A stretch of 64,000 bases of DNA from Owenia fusiformis (Eukaryota), in the NCBI GenBank assembly GCA_903813345.2, contig CAIIXF020000001.1, positions 8,184,001-8,248,000 of the forward strand, in the 5' to 3' direction. The position numbers were made by a program, and so were the translations under genes. Below are positions 23,848 through 44,358 of the stretch, piece after piece; within the stretch, counting starts at the first letter, position 1, and each line of letters starts with the position of its first letter. A model generated the notes under the pieces. That model was not told the DNA's origin. It saw only the letters and a program-made list of their open reading frames with translations, and ran no database searches.

Positions 23848-26800
23848 TAACCATATAATTTGCATAAATTATAATTTATCTGAAAGGGCATTTAACATGC
23901 TTTCATTTGGTATACAAAGATTATTTAAAACGGATAAGAAATGGAAAATAAAACATGTTATTGGTGATTTGAATACTGTTAATAGCAGGTATTTTAATCA
24001 GTGTTCGTTTCCATGGCAATGGGACCATTGTCAGAACTTCTCATTATGTGGAATATGTAGTAGAGATGCTTAGCTTTCTAAAGATACCAAGGGATCCAGT
24101 AGGGTCTGGGGTTTACTTGCATTATCAGCATTTTCCATCTCAACCCCCCATAATTTACATAAGGCTGGTTCATATTTTGTAAAATACCATAAAATAGGTC
24201 TTCTTTTGCTGTAATTTTTGTAAAATACCATAAAATAGGTCTTCTTTTGCTGTATTTTTTCCAGTTATGTACTAATTAAAAGCACGTAGGCTATATAGCC
24301 TTGACTGATTTAGATATGTTTAATATATCAAAATAAAGCCTGTCTGTCCTACATTTGTATTCTATGAAGATATTTAACTTTACTATCTTCATATAATTCA
24401 AAGGGTGTATTTATAACCTGTATTTTAATAACTTGTTCAAAGTATTAGGAAAAATCGCCATTATGACATCAAAAAAGATATGCAAAGCTAATTTGCATAA
24501 ATTATACTTTATCTGATAGGGCATTCAATATGCTTTCATTTGGTACCAAGATAATTTAGAATAGATAAGAAATGGAAGAGTTATATAACAAAACATGTTA
24601 TTGGTGATGCGATTACTGTTAATTGCAGGTATTTTATTCATCGCATGCCTGGCTACGCCCATAAAATACAGATTTGCGCTTTTCAAGTAAGTCATTACTT
24701 AGAGTGTGTCTGGTGATTAGGATCAATTGTCAATTGACACCAAGCATCATCTATGCAGTCAACTGACACCATGCAAATCCCAAAAACAATAGATGACATC
24801 AATGACCAAGTCTGATATCTGAAGTTCAGTCAAGATTGTCTTCAGTTACAGAATGAATTTATAAATGGATAGAAAATAACTCTAATGTTATCTCAACAGC
24901 AAACAAAACACTAGATTTTAGATTGAAATCAATCTTCATTTATTTCCAAACATCAATAATCCCAAATCTAAATATTATTCCAGTATGTCCTGCAAACTAT
25001 GACATTTACTTTACTTTTAACAATACACTGGTGTCTAAATCTGAGCAGACCCTTCTTTCATGAAACAACCTTAAGGTGGTGAGCACTTAACAGGATTGAA
25101 TGATCTTGAAAAGAAAAGCTCATTTAGTAAATGGCCAGTACCTATATCCATTTTATTTCAAGATTTTAACTGACATAATTCATTTTTACAAAAATTGCAT
25201 ACATAATGTGTGTTTTCTTATTCAGATGTGTTGAGCTATTTTTAATAGGTATGTCATAGTCATATGTACTGAATGCATATGACGATCAACAGTAATAAGT
25301 ATTCTTTAGAGGTGGCAAATGGTCGACAAAACATCAGCAGTGAAAATGTGTTTTTCCTTAACTTTTTACAGTGCAGTACCACCTTAATAAATTTAGTTTT
25401 TATACTATTCTACTAGCGCATTACTCTGTTATCCTTAGTCCCAGCCCATTTTAAAACACTCAAAAATTGAACAAAGTCAAGAATGCGTAGAGTTCACTTG
25501 GAATGTGAGGTTATACATGCAAGAAGGAACACCAAAGGTTTCCAGATTAATAATAGTAATAGTATAGTACTACTATAGTACACTAACGCATATAAATAAT
25601 AAATATTTGGCAAATCAAGACTGTGTAAGATATAAAAATATGAAATGTTTCTATACATTTGTCTAGGACTAATAACCCAGTGTATTCCTACTACTAACTC
25701 ATACTAACAGAATATCTCTCCAAATAATAATAAATGGAGTTAATACACCCTTAACTAAATCCCGGGTACTTTCTAGATCCCATCTTACAAATGGTTTGCT
25801 TTGGGTATCATCAGCTCTACAAGGGATTTCCAATGCTAATACACATAGTCCCTCACGTATGATGCCACAAGCAAAGCATACATACATGTATGTTAGGGTC
25901 AAGATACTACCTGTGTACACTGCATACCACAAAATTTGACTTAAACTTAATATAAGGGAAAATAGCAATTGGATTGTACATTTTGAGGACAATCATCCTC
26001 GTAAATAGTTTTTAGTTCTTTATGACTTAATATTTCTATGTTGGCAATTCAAACAGATGGTGAATTTCCAATACCAGTTGATTTTGTGTAGAAAGACCTT
26101 ACATATGGGCCAGGACACCTTTAGGGTCTGCACATTCATTCTTACTCCCTACTATCATTATCAATGACATCATAAATACAATATCTAATAAATATTCCAA
26201 ATTCCATGCAAGTACTTGCAGAAATATATGTAATTTTTATGAGCTGTTGAAGTTAGATTCATGACACTGCTATGGATATTGCTAGTGTTGTTTATCCCCA
26301 TGGAGACGTCTTGACAATTATGCAGATGTTTAATTACTTCGATAACTGTTTCAAAATTTTTATTTTTTTCGTGTTACTTCTCTACATACCTTTCACTTAA
26401 AGGACAACTGAAATAGCTTTTCTCAACTTGCAGCTACAGAAATGCGGTTTTCTCCATTGTAAGCCCAACGTAGGGTTCTTGCGATAGCCATTATAAAATA
26501 AATGTTAGATAACTGCTAACGGTCATAGATAACGAAATAAAACTAACTGATCAATCAAATTGGCCCCCACGTGATTAGTGACGTCATATACAAAATATAG
26601 CTATGGTTTATTGGTTCCTTAGTAATCACAACGTCACGGCAACCATATGATTATTGTGTAAACAAATAACAAAACATTTTGCCATTATGACGTCATGATT
26701 TAATGGACCAAAACCGGCCACGTGGGGGCCAGTGGGAGATCACGTGGGGGCCAATAACGTCACAACCAATTCGAATATTGCTTATTAAGCAGCTATAACG

Positions 26801-27840
26801 ATCGTTAGAGTGAAATAATTTTCACACTTCTGATGAGAAAACATGTTCAAATGCATTTATCAAAAAATATATTGATTCCTTAAGGTTAAAAATACCATTT
26901 CATATCTGCTTTAAGACATTTTTATTTGAGAATATTCTGGGGTGAAAAAACACTAGCAATTTACAAATTACATAAATAGTTCATCTGATATTTAAGACAT
27001 ACTGTAGCTAAACTACAAGCCTAATGAGGTTACACAAATGATTAAATAATTAATAACAAATAAATAATATAGCAATTAAACAAATTGCTATACACTGCCT
27101 ATTAACCTACATTCTGGTGAACACAATATTTCACAATATCATTTAAGCTTTCAGTTCAGAATTCAAAAAGAATGAACTTTTTTTCTTTTATGACTATGCT
27201 GATGCAACAAATTATGTACTTATTATTTGTGAAAATTTTTGTGAAAAGTTTTTTTGAAAGCCCATGCAAAGTAAACGAACTATGCATTCTGAAATCAAAG
27301 CTTAACATATGCTCCAACTCCAAGATTAGATGTATATTATACAATTACAATGTCAATAATCTTATAATTTACAGACAATTTCTCACATTATTCAGTCCGC
27401 TATATTGTCAGATACATCATATCTTTGCATGACAGTAATATGCCCTCGTTAAAAGTACAATCCACAAGGGCATATTTGCAAAAATAGAGACTTGGCCTTT
27501 AAGCATTACTTTGCTGCACACAGTTTTCTGATTCTGGTTACATTAAGTATCACCCTGAATATATAATAATAATAATAAATATAATAATATAATTTACACT
27601 ATTTTAATATCAGCATCTCTAGCATCTAATCTTTACATACAAGTTAAACAGGATTCAACGCTATATGGTATGGGTACTTTGATGATTTCCAACCAAACAT
27701 CTCACTTCAAAATCACAAAAAAGAAGGGGACCATTACTACACTTATCTTCTATTAAATCTACTTAAAATGCACAATTACCCGAAGTTAGTTATATTTATT
27801 TTAATACATTTTCTCCATTTTAAACGTCATGTAAATGTAT

Positions 27841-28438
27841 TAGGGTCGTTCGAAAAGTTTTGCACGAAAGCTTCTCAAGAGAAGAGATTTTATCATTTTT
27901 GCATGAAATTTATATCAAATTTCAGGACAATAAGCAATGCCCTTCCTGAGATACATTGACTTTAAAATGATATTTTGAGCCATATTCTCCAATATTTTAT
28001 GAATTCATGAGAACTTTGATAATGTCATAAAATCAGTGATTTTTTCAAGATGTTTGAAGAGTATGTTTACGGTCATTCTTAGGCATGATCAAAGAAAACA
28101 AGATGCGAAATATTGATATAAGATTCACTTTTGCCATGAGAACAAAGCTAGATATTGTTTAAAACTAAGTTGACAGTTTATGTAAGCAAATTTAGCATGA
28201 TTAGTAATATTGTTCTTTATATATTACTATTTTTCTGTTTACAAAATGATATGAACCATTGTGTCATCGCCTTGGTTACTATGGCAACCATAGAATATTA
28301 AGTAGTAGATGTATATACATGAAACCTTGAGAGTGTAAGGAGATAATATCGACGCACATACCTACCAACTATGAATAGGATTGGTTCATTATTTTCATAA
28401 TTAGATATATTTGTGCAAAACTTTTTGAACAACCCTTG
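27841..28438. mobile_element. Probable MITE (Tc1/mariner-like ends)
   Basis: Imperfect TIR AGGGTCGTTCGAAAAGTTTTGCAC / GTGCAAAACTTTTTGAACAACCCT. Confidence 0.5.
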
Positions 28439-30074
28439 TATTAACTGCCAGAAATTTTTTCTTTCAGTGAACCTGCTTGACTAGAAGTTATAGTATCTTG
28501 TTTTAATTTTAGCTGATGCAAGTTTCAAATTCTACTCCCTCCTATATGATGTATGAAGAATAAGTTTGTGACCAGCTGAAACTGTCCTGGATACGTGTGT
28601 AAATATATTAATCACTATCATCTAAATTCATTTACAAACTAAATTGCGTAATTGTGCTATCATTTATGTGTGCCACACTTGGAAACATAACATATCCTAT
28701 ACAACTAGATATACTGCAGTGAGTGCATGCAAGTGAGTATATACTTTTAAGTACACACTGGTGAGTATATACTTGATTCAAGAACTAATCTACAACTTTA
28801 TCCCAATCAGACACTGTAGAACAACATAAATTTGAAAAATATAATTTGTGAAGTCTAACAAAAATATTATCGTTGATGGATTCCATACGCCAATCCACAC
28901 GTCGAAATGCCTATCAGTGATTCTCAAATTGAGAGCTGTACTAAACTAGGATCTTACTTTTACTTCCCTTCATCACATTAAAACAATGCAAAACTGACTG
29001 AAACCATTCATTCCAAATGAAGATGCAAAAAGAAACATACACCACTATATCACACATATTGAATATATTTTGTACATAGTGCGGGTAATTATTTGGTTTC
29101 TATTTTGATTTTCAATTTTTCAATTTTTGCGTTTGGATATTAAAAGCGATAATATGGTGCATCATCAATGCCACAGATAAGTCTTGATTTTGAATCAATT
29201 TGTTTCATTTAAATTACTTTTAATTCATACTAGTGATATTTAGTGCTCAAGTATTTCAATAATCCAACTTTATAATATCCTATATAACTAAGTGTGATGG
29301 ATTTATACTTGCACACGCACTTGTGATAAATATGTATTAGGAATGTTTGTTTCTTCCTTTTGATGAGTCCAAACAAGGAAGTACACATATTGCAAAATAT
29401 TTAGCCATTTCTATGTGAGTCAAATACATACAAATTCAAACTACAAATGGTATTCATGTAAATGCAAGCTGGTGAAAATGTCCATGCCTGGCCAAACTCT
29501 ATTTTTTAGATTTTTAATACAAATCCTAATTCAAATTGTATTACCATTATAAATGCATAATATTCCCACTGGCTATATACATCCAACAAATGGAGTGATA
29601 ATGAATTATAAATGGTAAACTGTTAAACTATATAAATAAACAGGCAGTTATTTCAGTAGATAGCTTTGAGGATTGAGTTTTAAATGCATTTTACATTGAA
29701 TTAAGACTGTATTTTATGTTTTATCTGATTATCAATTCTATGTATTGTATTATTAATTGAACATCTACGGCAGCAAAAATCAACTTGGCAACATATCAAA
29801 CTAAGATTATACAACTGCATCTATAGTCTTGCAATTAACTTTTGAAAATATTGGCACCTGACATTCATACTTTCTGTGATAATATATCAGCAGTTGATCT
29901 TTACAAAAATAACTCTTTCCGTTTCTATCATTGTCTTTCACATAAACCCTTTCTGGTTACATTATATGTTACTGTAGCCCGATTCTATCCATAATACTGC
30001 AACACGATTCCTGCTTCAACTTATATATTTCATATGTATACTTGATACCTGACTATTCAACTCCATGTACATAT

Positions 30075-31370
30075 CTAATATATCACACATCTACTCAATA
30101 CTTCACATTTAAACCCTGAGGCTAATGTACCTACTTCATGTATCATACATCTACTCAATACTTCACATTTCAACCCTGAGGCTAATGTACATACTTCATG
30201 TATCATACATCTACTCAATACTTCACATTTCAACCCTGAGGCTAATGTACATACTTCATGTATCATACATCCACTCAATACTTGACCTTTCAACCCTGAG
30301 GCTAATGTACTTACTTCATGTATCATACATCCACTCAATCCTTGACCTTTCAACACTGAGGCTAATGTACTTACTTCATATATCATACATCCACTCAATC
30401 CTTGACCTTTCAACACTGAGGCTAATGTACTTACTCAATGTATCATACATCTACTCAATATTTGATCTTTCAAATCTGAGGTTAATGTACTTACTCAATG
30501 TATCAAACATCTACTCAATACTTGACCTTTCAACCCTGAGGCTAATGTACATTCTTCATGTATCATAAATCCACTCAATCCTCGACCTTTCAACTCTGAG
30601 GCTTAGGTACTTACTCAATGTATCATACATCCACTCAATCCTTGACCTTTCAACCCTGAGGCTAATGTACATTCTTCATGTATCATAAATCCACTCAATC
30701 CTCGACCTTTCAACTCTGAGGCTTAGGTACTTACTCAATGTATCATACATCTACTCAATATTTGATCTTTCAAATGTGAGGTTAATGTACTTACTCAATG
30801 TATCATACATCTACTCAATACTTGACCTTTCAACCCTGAGTTAATGTACATACTTCATGTATCATACATCTACTCGATACTTGACCATTCAACCCTGAGG
30901 CTAATGTACATACTCAATGTATCAATACATCTACTCAATACTTCCCATTTCAACCCTGAGGCTAATGTACAAACTGTATATATCATACATCCACTCAATA
31001 CTTGACCTTTCAACTCTGAGGCTACTGTACATACTCAATGTATCATACATCTACTCAATACTTGACTGTATTAAAAACCCTGAGTCTGATGTACATATTT
31101 CATGTATCATCTACATTCCATCTACTCAAATCTTGACTTCCAGCCCTAAGGCTATTGTATATACATCATGCAGCATACATCTACTCAATACTTGACTTCC
31201 AGCCTTGGGTCAATTGTACATACTTTGTGTATTATAAATCTACTCAATACTTGACTTTTCAACCCTGAGGCTAATTTACATGACTCGTGAATCATGCAGC
31301 TACTCAATACCTGACTTCACAGCCCCGAGGCTAATGTATGCATTTCATGTAACAAACATCTTCTCAATAC
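30075..31370. repeat. 60-bp minisatellite, about 21 copies, decaying to the right
   Basis: Unit GCTAATGTACTTACTTCATGTATCATACATCTACTCAATACTTGACCTTTCAACCCTGAG, visible as line-to-line identity; it generates the periodic ORFs at 30075-31195. Confidence 0.95.
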
Positions 31371-34300
31371 TCTAGTTTTAAGACCTACTTTATATATCTA
31401 AGTAGCTTGTGAATCATAGCTATAAGATGATACATAAATCATATATCTAGTAAATCTCAGGCATTTGTTATACAGGTGGGATGCTATGTAAGAATTTTTT
31501 CAGTTCCACTATCAGTTCATAATCATCATAATTCCATTTAGCCTCATTAAAGACCATCTTAAAAATCAAATAAATAGAGATTCAAGTTCATGTACTGAGT
31601 TTGTTAATAGGCATAATATTATACCATTATGCTACTTCTAAACTGGCATAAATGACAGGCCACTACTTATGTGCCATGTTTACCTCAACAGACTAAATCT
31701 AATTAGAAATTCCTAATGCCACTGTGCACTAGCCTCATGTTATATTTGAGCCTAGTGACTACTCAATGCAAGCCTTTAAAAAATCACAAAGTGGTTATTT
31801 CTTACTAATATTCCTCCAAATGGCGGTGAAACAATGATTAAACTACATCACCCATTACACTGGGGTCAATTATATACAATAGAATATTATTTTTCCATTC
31901 ATGCACAACTTCAAATATCATTCTGTGAAGTAATCACTGAGAAAACATTCAAGCTGTTCATGTACAAAGACCTGAGTACAAAGAAGCAAAATAGTTAGTT
32001 TTCCAAGATCATGATTTTCTCACGACTTAAATAATTCAATTGGATTGTTTTGAAATATTTCTACAATATTCATTAAAGGCCAAAAGGAAACAGTCTACTT
32101 CAATTTTCAAGCCTTTTCACAATTATTTCACTGATTAAAGGCACCTTCTTGAGCAATAGTCTACATTACAGGACTGTTAACTGTCTTGTTACAGAACAGT
32201 TAGCAGTCTTTCTTACAGGACTTTCCACAGTCCATGGTACACACCTTTCCGCAGTCTATGTCCAAGACTGTCCATTACTTCACATACATTATTCATGGAC
32301 TATAAATAATTCATGCATTACAATTAGTTCGTGCATTTGTTTCATTGAAATCATTAGAAGACTGTACAACTAAATAGTGACATAGTACTCATTGGTTTTT
32401 GTTCTTTTGAGAACCCTGTTTCCCCTATTTCTGAATATATTCTACATTATTCCCAAAACATGTCACATTTAACATGGGCAACATTCAATCAGAGATCATT
32501 TCTCTGACTTACACAAAAACCACACAAAAACTATAAAACAAACTACAAATGAGACAAGTTAAAATTTCACGTTAAAAAATGCTGAGATTTTCATGTTTTT
32601 TAAACATTGTTTCATTCAGGAGTTTCCACAATTTGGAAAGCACTCGTAAATTATTAGCATACAAAATCAGGCAATATTAAATAAAAAAAACATGAATATC
32701 CTAGAATCTCTTAGTAATTAACATATTATATAATATAGAAATTGCAACGACAGTTGTAACACTAATAATAAAACTGTGAACTATAAATACAAGCATATTA
32801 TTATACAGTGAGTAGAAAATGGACATTTCTCTTCTAAAGAAATTCTATTCAGACATGGTGACTAGCATTTAATAATTAATCATTTTGACACAGGATGACT
32901 TAAGCAAATCCTTCTAAGCCTATACTGTTCATACATTATATTATCAGGCCATGGTATAAAAGCTTTGAGTTAATCATTTCTTAATTCATTGTTTATTAAG
33001 AATAAGTGTGTAAGAGTGACAACCCTGAGCTTTTTCACTATAGCCATTGGAACTAGGGTACATATGTAAATATCTGTTCTTGTGTATGCCAACTTGCACA
33101 ACACTTGGGATGGGGCATACAAGTAACATCCATATACACAGAGCACATCAACAGAGGCCCTTTCAAATAACAAAAATAGGAAGTTGCAGATATCCCCCGT
33201 CCCACACTAAAATGGCCACTGGCAATATTAAATATAAATAACATTCAACTATTTGTACATTGCATGCAATACAAGACTATCTACACACTATAACACCATA
33301 CTTAGAATCTTTAAGAGAGACATGTTAAAGCACTACATTATAGATCATGATTTGAAATGTTCAATTCAATCTGTCCTTCATCTAGCATGTTTCCAGTTAA
33401 CAGACCCAATGATTCCTTCAGCTACATACTGTACATATCTGTACAACAAAATACAGCACTTCTAATCAGAAAATTCTTAATTTAACTGTTTCTCTCTTAC
33501 AGCTAAGCTAAAGGCAGATCTGCCATGTATGTAGCTACAGGTCCATTATACTCAAACACTTGGAAACATCATATCTGGTACACCACTAACCCTGCATTAA
33601 GCTGAAATTCTATCTTTAATCAACATTGATCACCGGTTAAATTCATATATACAGATATTTCATCTATGATAATATTTGATAAATAATCCATTCAGCTAAT
33701 AATGCAAATAATTTATAAATATGATACATAGCATTATTCTTTAACATTACCTTACAACAACTTATATGGTTATGAGTAAAAATTGCACTAATTAAGTAGT
33801 TGAGAATATTGAAATCGAAGAATGTGAGGGTGCTGATTTAATCAAGCCATTGGTTAACACATGCAATTTAAATATCAACTACATTTTAAATACACCCTTG
33901 GTCAATTAGACCCATTCACCCATACAAAAGGCATATTATTGCTTAAAACACTAGAGTAGTGCATACTTCGCAATACCTTGATGGTTATGGTTTTGGCAAA
34001 TTCGATGGAAGAGGTTTTCTACATGACCTTGCTATGCTAGAAATGTATACTTTAAGACAATTTTCTGTTTTCCTGAGAAAATCTGTGAAATGCCATTGTA
34101 ACCATGAGCACACCTTACAAAGGTTCATAGCATTATCTTCTATGTAAATGAACCATTCTACCGATTCATATATATTGAAGATAGGCTCTGTTAAAATTCC
34201 AATTAGGCTGCACAGCGGGTTTGTTGTGCGACAGCATTACATATAACAGAATCCAATTCATTTGGCAAACTAGAATATACAATAGAATACAAAGTTTGTC

Positions 34301-34966
34301 CTTCCAACAGAACTAAAAAATGACATGGAAGTTAACTCAGTAACAATTCTGCACTACAACACAATGAAGATGTGGGAACTGTCCTGCAGACACATGACGG
34401 ACAAGCAGCGCCATCTATCAACAGTGCACTTCCCCCTTCTATAAAATCTCCATTATGAATTACACTACACTAATCCAATATAATATTCACACTCCATAAT
34501 CAAAAATATATATAATCATAATATAATAATAATAAATATCAACAGCAACATTTCTACATATATCTTACTATTTTTTTGGTTAGAATATATAAAATAAATA
34601 ATTGTTTTGTTTCAATCTCCAACAGAGTTCTTCCTGATCCTACATGGCACCAATCAATATTTCGAGAATAATCTCCATCCAGCTGCTCCTCTACTCCTAC
34701 ATTACATTATTATACAATCACACTCCCCTCGCAGAGATTTCTTTATGTTACCCACATTAAAACAACTATTAAATAACTATCATTAGCTTACATGAATATA
34801 GTTGCTTATGTATAGGTAAGATAACGAGATATCTCCAACTTTCTAAGGGGATTATTTTGATCCATTCCTTTCCATTAAACTATGTCTCTTTCTATGTGCC
34901 AACTATTTCCAATCTAATTGTAGCTATAGGAGTCTCTGCAACTTTGTCAATGAATCAATGAATACA

Positions 34967-43070
<8,104 letters not shown>

Positions 43071-43469
43071 CTGAAAGTACAAAAGATTTGATTAGCAATT
43101 TTGATTGTTACTTATTATCAAACACATTAAAGGCCCTGTGCAAAATATAGATTAATTTTGATTTGAATATTACTTTTTATGATTTGAAAAACTATTTGAG
43201 ACTTTCCGTAGAAAAATGTGACTTCTGGAAATGAGTAGGCTACAATCTAAGTGGATGGGGATATTGCATGGGTGTACCCAGGTGTATTGGCTGGAACCCC
43301 TTTAAACCTTTTTGATCTCTTCATGGTGCTGACGAGAGACTTGTGGAAAGACCTCAAGCCAGATCCAGTTCCCATTTAAGTATTAGTAGTAGGAGCAATG
43401 AAATAATGAGAAGACCGGACATGAAACCAAAAATCGTACATCCAAAAATGTATGATCAAGGGAAGGGAA

Positions 43470-44358
43470 GGGAACCTCTGGACTCAGCTTCCTCCGCAAG
43501 GCCTTGATATTTTGTTGCTTTTAACTCGTGTGAGACTTCCAGTCTATCCTCTCAAGGGACTATCAGTCCGATAATGAGAATAGTCTTGGTCGAGCTTGAA
43601 GTCATAACCATGTCTGGGCATTAGGGGTGGGACGGTTACCCGAAATTGTTCCATTCCGTGGTATTTGGATTCTGTATCGGAACTCGGAACACGAGGAAGC
43701 ACTTTCGGAACGGGACAAAACACCTCAAGCTCATTTTTTTCCACCAATTAGATCGTAAATAAGCTGATTTTGTCAAAATCAAAAATAAATTTGAAAACTT
43801 ACGAGAGATTCTCCTCCAAATTTGAAGAGTCAGTATGAGCTAGAACTACAACTTTAGCAAACGAAAACAATCAATATTTATTCTCATTGTGCAGTGTATA
43901 TGAATAATATTTCAATCATCGCGATCTTTTATCTTTGTTTCAAATATTTAATTCGTTTCATTTCAAGTTTGACTTCGTAGGCTCTCTATAATGGCAGCAC
44001 CGACCGAAACTTTTACGATAGAAAATGCTCCAAAAAACCTCAAGAGCTCAGTTTGGAAGCACTTTGGTCTCCCAAGACTGGATCGAAGGGGTAAGGCAGA
44101 TGTTCCGTTCCGAAAATGTTCCGTTCCGAAGGTCTAAATACCGTTCCGTCCCGAAGTTTTTCTGTTCCGTCCCACCCCTACTGGACATAAGGTGGTTACT
44201 GCCACATTCTGAGGAAAGACAAGTTTCTGGTGAAGGTCTACTTGGAGTTGCCAGTCTGTTGCGCTCGCTAAGATACTAGGCCTGGGCTGTGATTTGCTGG
44301 AGGAGTTTGCAGCTTTGGGTTTTCCTTCCTTGATGAAGCCAATGTTCTGGTGTTGCTG
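43470..44358 (-). pseudogene. Degenerate 3' fragment of an RLE-type (HERO-like) non-LTR retrotransposon, interrupted by a hAT element
   Basis: Removing 43622-44180 and one TSD copy restores QNIGFIKEGK...SILASATDWQLQVDLHQKLVFPQNVAVTTLCPDMVMTSSSTKTILIIGLIVP*EDRLEVSHELKATKYQGLAEEAESRG, matching the PD..E.T.PWE...K..KY restriction-like endonuclease of R2/HERO-group elements. Confidence 0.8.
43622..44180 (+). mobile_element. Internally deleted hAT element retaining the start of a BED-finger transposase
   Basis: 14-bp perfect TIR TAGGGGTGGGACGG; 8-bp TSD CTGGGCAT / CTGGACAT (7/8 match); GTTCCG subterminal repeats; ATG at 43991 gives MAAPTETFTIENAPKNLKSSVWKHFG (BED-finger S.VW.HF motif). Confidence 0.85.

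Noticed and set aside
23855-24640. ~150-bp direct repeat pair and a 40-bp tandem duplication
   Set aside because: Looks like degenerate repeat remnants; no termini or coding signal could be defined.
30075-31195. ORFs with 20-aa periodicity on both strands
   Set aside because: By-product of the 60-bp minisatellite; frames break with indels and stops, and no splice context supports them.
43544-44279. Two divergent ORFs (67 and 84 aa) with similar VPPL motifs
   Set aside because: They read out through the hAT TIRs and subterminal repeats into the flanking LINE relic; they are not genes.
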